A stretch of 8,574 nucleotides of DNA from a virus. Lineage: Duplodnaviria; Heunggongvirae; Uroviricota; Caudoviricetes. The position numbers were made by a program, and so were the translations under genes. Shown one piece after another: positions 6,591 to 8,574 of the stretch. The notes beneath the pieces are model-generated. The model had not been told where the DNA came from, made no database searches, and was given only the letters and a program-made list of their open reading frames with translations. Within the stretch, counting starts at the first letter, position 1. The number at the start of each line of letters is the position of its first letter. Location: the IMG/VR virus record IMGVR_UViG_2693429733_000011, positions 1 to 8,574 of that record; one strand, given 5' to 3'.

Positions 6591-7649
6591 TCATGCTTTC
6601 CACTTCAGGACACCCGAATTTCTCGCGTGCATTAAAAAACGAATCAGCAACAACAGCTGGCTGCCGTGTTTTTCTTCAAAATCTTTTACCCCGGCGTGCA
6701 GTTCGTTATGACATTTACGGCACAGCGGAATAACAAACAAATCATCAGCCTTTGTTCCCATCCCTCCCAGTCCATGACCAATGATGTGATGCGGATCATC
6801 TGCCTGATTGCCACACGTCATGCATTTCTGCGTTTTTACCCAGCGCGTGTATACGGGCATCTCTTCCCGTTGTGGTTTCTGGCGCTGGAGATACTGAGCC
6901 GGAGAATCCGGATCAACGGCAATGCTGACCACCGTCTTTTCCTGTGGTGGATTCTGTTGCTGGTGGGCGTGAGGCAACGGCGCAATATTTTTTGTGCGCT
7001 GCTTCAGTATGCTGGTGGCGGTCTGCGCTCCCGGTACGATATCGCTTTCGCGGTATACTGAGCGGATTTTTTCTACCGGTAATCCCAGCGAACGACGTAA
7101 TACTGCCTCCGGTAGCGCGTCCGCCACCTGATTGCAGAGCGCCCACCAGGATAATTCAGCCAGCGATAATTCCCGCTCCTGTGTGCCATTCATTGCATGG
7201 CGTATGACGTCAATCATCCATGCTGACAGGTTTTGATGAGCAAGTTGCCCGAGTGATTCGGAGGTCTGGTCACGCAGCTGGTTGTCGCAGTGCCAGCACA
7301 ACACCATCGCACCGGTACCATAACGATGTATGACGATTTCGCTGTGATGATAGTCACCATGAGGCCACTGGCAGGATTTAACGTGGCGTAACAGCCAGTC
7401 AGACAGTGCACCAGCACCGCCAGCAGCACGAATCACACGCTCATCGCTGAAAAATGGCAGTAATGATTTGTCCTCCGCCAGCGGCTGGCGAACGGCAGGA
7501 ACGACCCCGGACGGCAGATTACGCATGCTTTTCGGTTCCGGCTCCACCAGTACCCGGGTATTGTGGAATACCGGCATGGATTCACGGCCCGGCTTAACGA
7601 TCACCAGCCCGAGTTCCGGTACCAGAACAGGTCGAAGTAATACCCGCAC
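6591..7649 (-). CDS. prophage nin-region protein with a C-terminal HNH-type zinc-finger motif (DUF968/YdfU-like, 352 aa)
   Basis: C-terminus CMTCGNQADDPHHIIGHGLGG...LCRKCHNELH shows a CxxC...HH...CxxCHxxLH arrangement; a second Cys/His cluster (CQWPHGDYHH...CWHCDN) lies further upstream; sits immediately upstream of rusA as DUF968 genes do in lambdoid prophages. The likely start is GTG at 7649 with a GGAGG site upstream; an ATG at 7577 is the alternative. Confidence 0.5.
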   Translation of the reverse strand: MRVLLRPVLVPELGLVIVKPGRESMPVFHNTRVLVEPEPKSMRNLPSGVVPAVRQPLAEDKSLLPFFSDERVIRAAGGAGALSDWLLRHVKSCQWPHGDYHHSEIVIHRYGTGAMVLCWHCDNQLRDQTSESLGQLAHQNLSAWMIDVIRHAMNGTQERELSLAELSWWALCNQVADALPEAVLRRSLGLPVEKIRSVYRESDIVPGAQTATSILKQRTKNIAPLPHAHQQQNPPQEKTVVSIAVDPDSPAQYLQRQKPQREEMPVYTRWVKTQKCMTCGNQADDPHHIIGHGLGGMGTKADDLFVIPLCRKCHNELHAGVKDFEEKHGSQLLLLIRFLMHARNSGVLKWKA

Positions 7650-7650
7650 G

Positions 7651-7929
7651 TTACCTCCAGATGCGTTGCTGGAATGTGCGGGACGGACGCGGTGGGCGTT
7701 CAGAGTAAGGAAGCCTGACGGAGATTATCCAGTGACGATAATCGAGGCTGAGGGCTTTCTTAATCTCGTATCCGTGTCTGCGGTAGCACTGAATTAGCCA
7801 CTCGGCCTGTTCTTCAGTGCATGGGTCATGCTGGAACCAGTCAGATTTGAAAGTGCGGGAACGCCGCCCGTGCCTGCTGGCAAAGACGGCAGAATCATCA
7901 GAATTGTGTAATTTGGTATCGTGCGCCAT
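7651..7929 (-). CDS. hypothetical nin-region protein (about 92 aa from the ATG at 7929; the track's 110-aa version starts at a TTG)
   Basis: ORF ends 1 nt before the DUF968 start (operon-like packing); no family recognised. Confidence 0.35.
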   Translation of the reverse strand: MAHDTKLHNSDDSAVFASRHGRRSRTFKSDWFQHDPCTEEQAEWLIQCYRRHGYEIKKALSLDYRHWIISVRLPYSERPPRPSRTFQQRIWR

Positions 7930-7998
7930 CGGTTGTCTCTGCTGGCGCAGCAGGTGCCAGTTGTTCAGGCTGGCGTGCGGCAATATTGTCTCTGATTT

Positions 7999-8029
7999 CT
8001 GTTGTCGTCAACAGGCAGCGTGCTATCAT
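7999..8029 (+). promoter_or_regulatory. putative parDE promoter with an overlapping palindromic operator
   Basis: Read directly: inverted repeat CTGTTG-tcgt-CAACAG (7999-8014) overlaps a -35-like TTGTCG; -10-like TATCAT at 8024-8029; parD ATG at 8065 is preceded by a GAGG ribosome-binding site. Confidence 0.3.
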
Positions 8030-8064
8030 CGAATAGTGTTCTATCCTACTCCTTGAGGTTTACC

Positions 8065-8322
8065 ATGCGTACAACCCAACAATTCAGCATTACATTAACT
8101 AACGAGATGGCTGACATGGTGCGCGCCCGTGTGGCTTCCGGTGCCTATGCTTCAGAAAGCGAGGTCATTCGTGAAGGGCTTCGCGCACTGAATGAGCGCG
8201 ATAAAGCAATCGAAGCGTGGTTAACGCATTCAGCCGCCCCCTCTCTTGATTCTATCCGCGAAAATCCAAACAACGGACGCTCCATTTCACAGGTTCGCGC
8301 CGCGATTCGATCCGGAAAGTAA
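8065..8322 (+). CDS. parD: ParD-family type II antitoxin (ribbon-helix-helix, 85 aa)
   Basis: SITLTNEMADMVRARVASGAYASESEVIREGLRAL matches the ParD (COG3609) signature (SxxLTxx...SGxYxSASEVxRxxLRxL); GAGG 6 nt upstream of the ATG. The track ORF 8002-8322 contains it with an upstream extension. Confidence 0.8.
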   Translation: MRTTQQFSITLTNEMADMVRARVASGAYASESEVIREGLRALNERDKAIEAWLTHSAAPSLDSIRENPNNGRSISQVRAAIRSGK

Positions 8323-8327
8323 TCTGC

Positions 8328-8574
8328 ATGACATATGAAGTCATCATTACTCCTGAGGCCGAACAACAAATAATCAACCTGCACAGATATATAACTGAGA
8401 AAGCAGGGAACGTCATTGCTGACAATTATGCCAATGCACTTCTTGATTATCTTGATGGGTTTTCTACATTCCCGCATCGGGGCAATAAACGCGATGATAT
8501 TCGCCAGGGGATGCGGGTAACTCATTTCCGCCACAGAACGATTATTGCTTTTGCCGTTGATGACAATAAAGTTT
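8328..8574 (+). CDS. parE: ParE/RelE-family toxin, 3' end truncated by the window edge (82 aa visible)
   Basis: My translation from the ATG at 8328: MTYEVIITPEAEQQIINLHRYITEKAGNVIADNYANALLDYLDGFSTFPHRGNKRDDIRQGMRVTHFRHRTIIAFAVDDNKV; starts 5 nt after the parD stop, the typical antitoxin-toxin order and spacing. Absent from the track because no stop codon falls inside the window. Confidence 0.75.
   Translation, partial: MTYEVIITPEAEQQIINLHRYITEKAGNVIADNYANALLDYLDGFSTFPHRGNKRDDIRQGMRVTHFRHRTIIAFAVDDNKV

Noticed and set aside
6666-7797. ORFs inside or antisense to the DUF968-like gene (6666-7061+, 6944-7207+, 7468-7797+, 6913-7146-, 7214-7429-)
   Set aside because: Nested in a longer ORF that has a coherent Cys/His motif and operon context; treated as shadow ORFs.
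7817-8056. Plus-strand 79-aa ORF antisense to the 92-aa gene, extending into the parD promoter region
   Set aside because: Cys-rich odd translation, overlaps the predicted parDE promoter, no ribosome-binding site.
8145-8534. Minus-strand 129-aa ORF across parD/parE
   Set aside because: Antisense to a toxin-antitoxin pair with strong family signatures and proper ribosome-binding site and spacing; most likely spurious.

Overview
This window reads as the late region of a lambdoid prophage from an Enterobacteriaceae (E. coli-like) host, almost entirely on the minus strand. Running from high to low coordinates: a hypothetical gene, a DUF968-like protein with an HNH-type Cys/His motif, RusA resolvase and a Q-like protein; then a late-promoter-like sigma70 promoter with an intrinsic terminator, four tightly packed tRNA genes, and a phage-21/DLP12-type lysis cassette (S21 pinholin, SAR endolysin broken by a 44-N gap, Rz with embedded Rz1); then a coupled Rha-like + 70-aa gene pair flanked by a repeated 17-bp motif, terminase small and large subunits, and a small proline-rich ORF. 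At the right edge a parD/parE toxin-antitoxin pair sits on the plus strand, with parE cut by the window end. I saw no CRISPR array, rRNA, IS element or integrase. All homology calls are from recall and manual reading of the ORF translations; no searches were run. The best candidates for something undescribed are the Rha-like/70-aa cassette, the structured non-coding cargo slot between the tRNAs and the holin, and the right-edge nin-region morons (the parDE module and the unassigned 92-aa/DUF968 pair).
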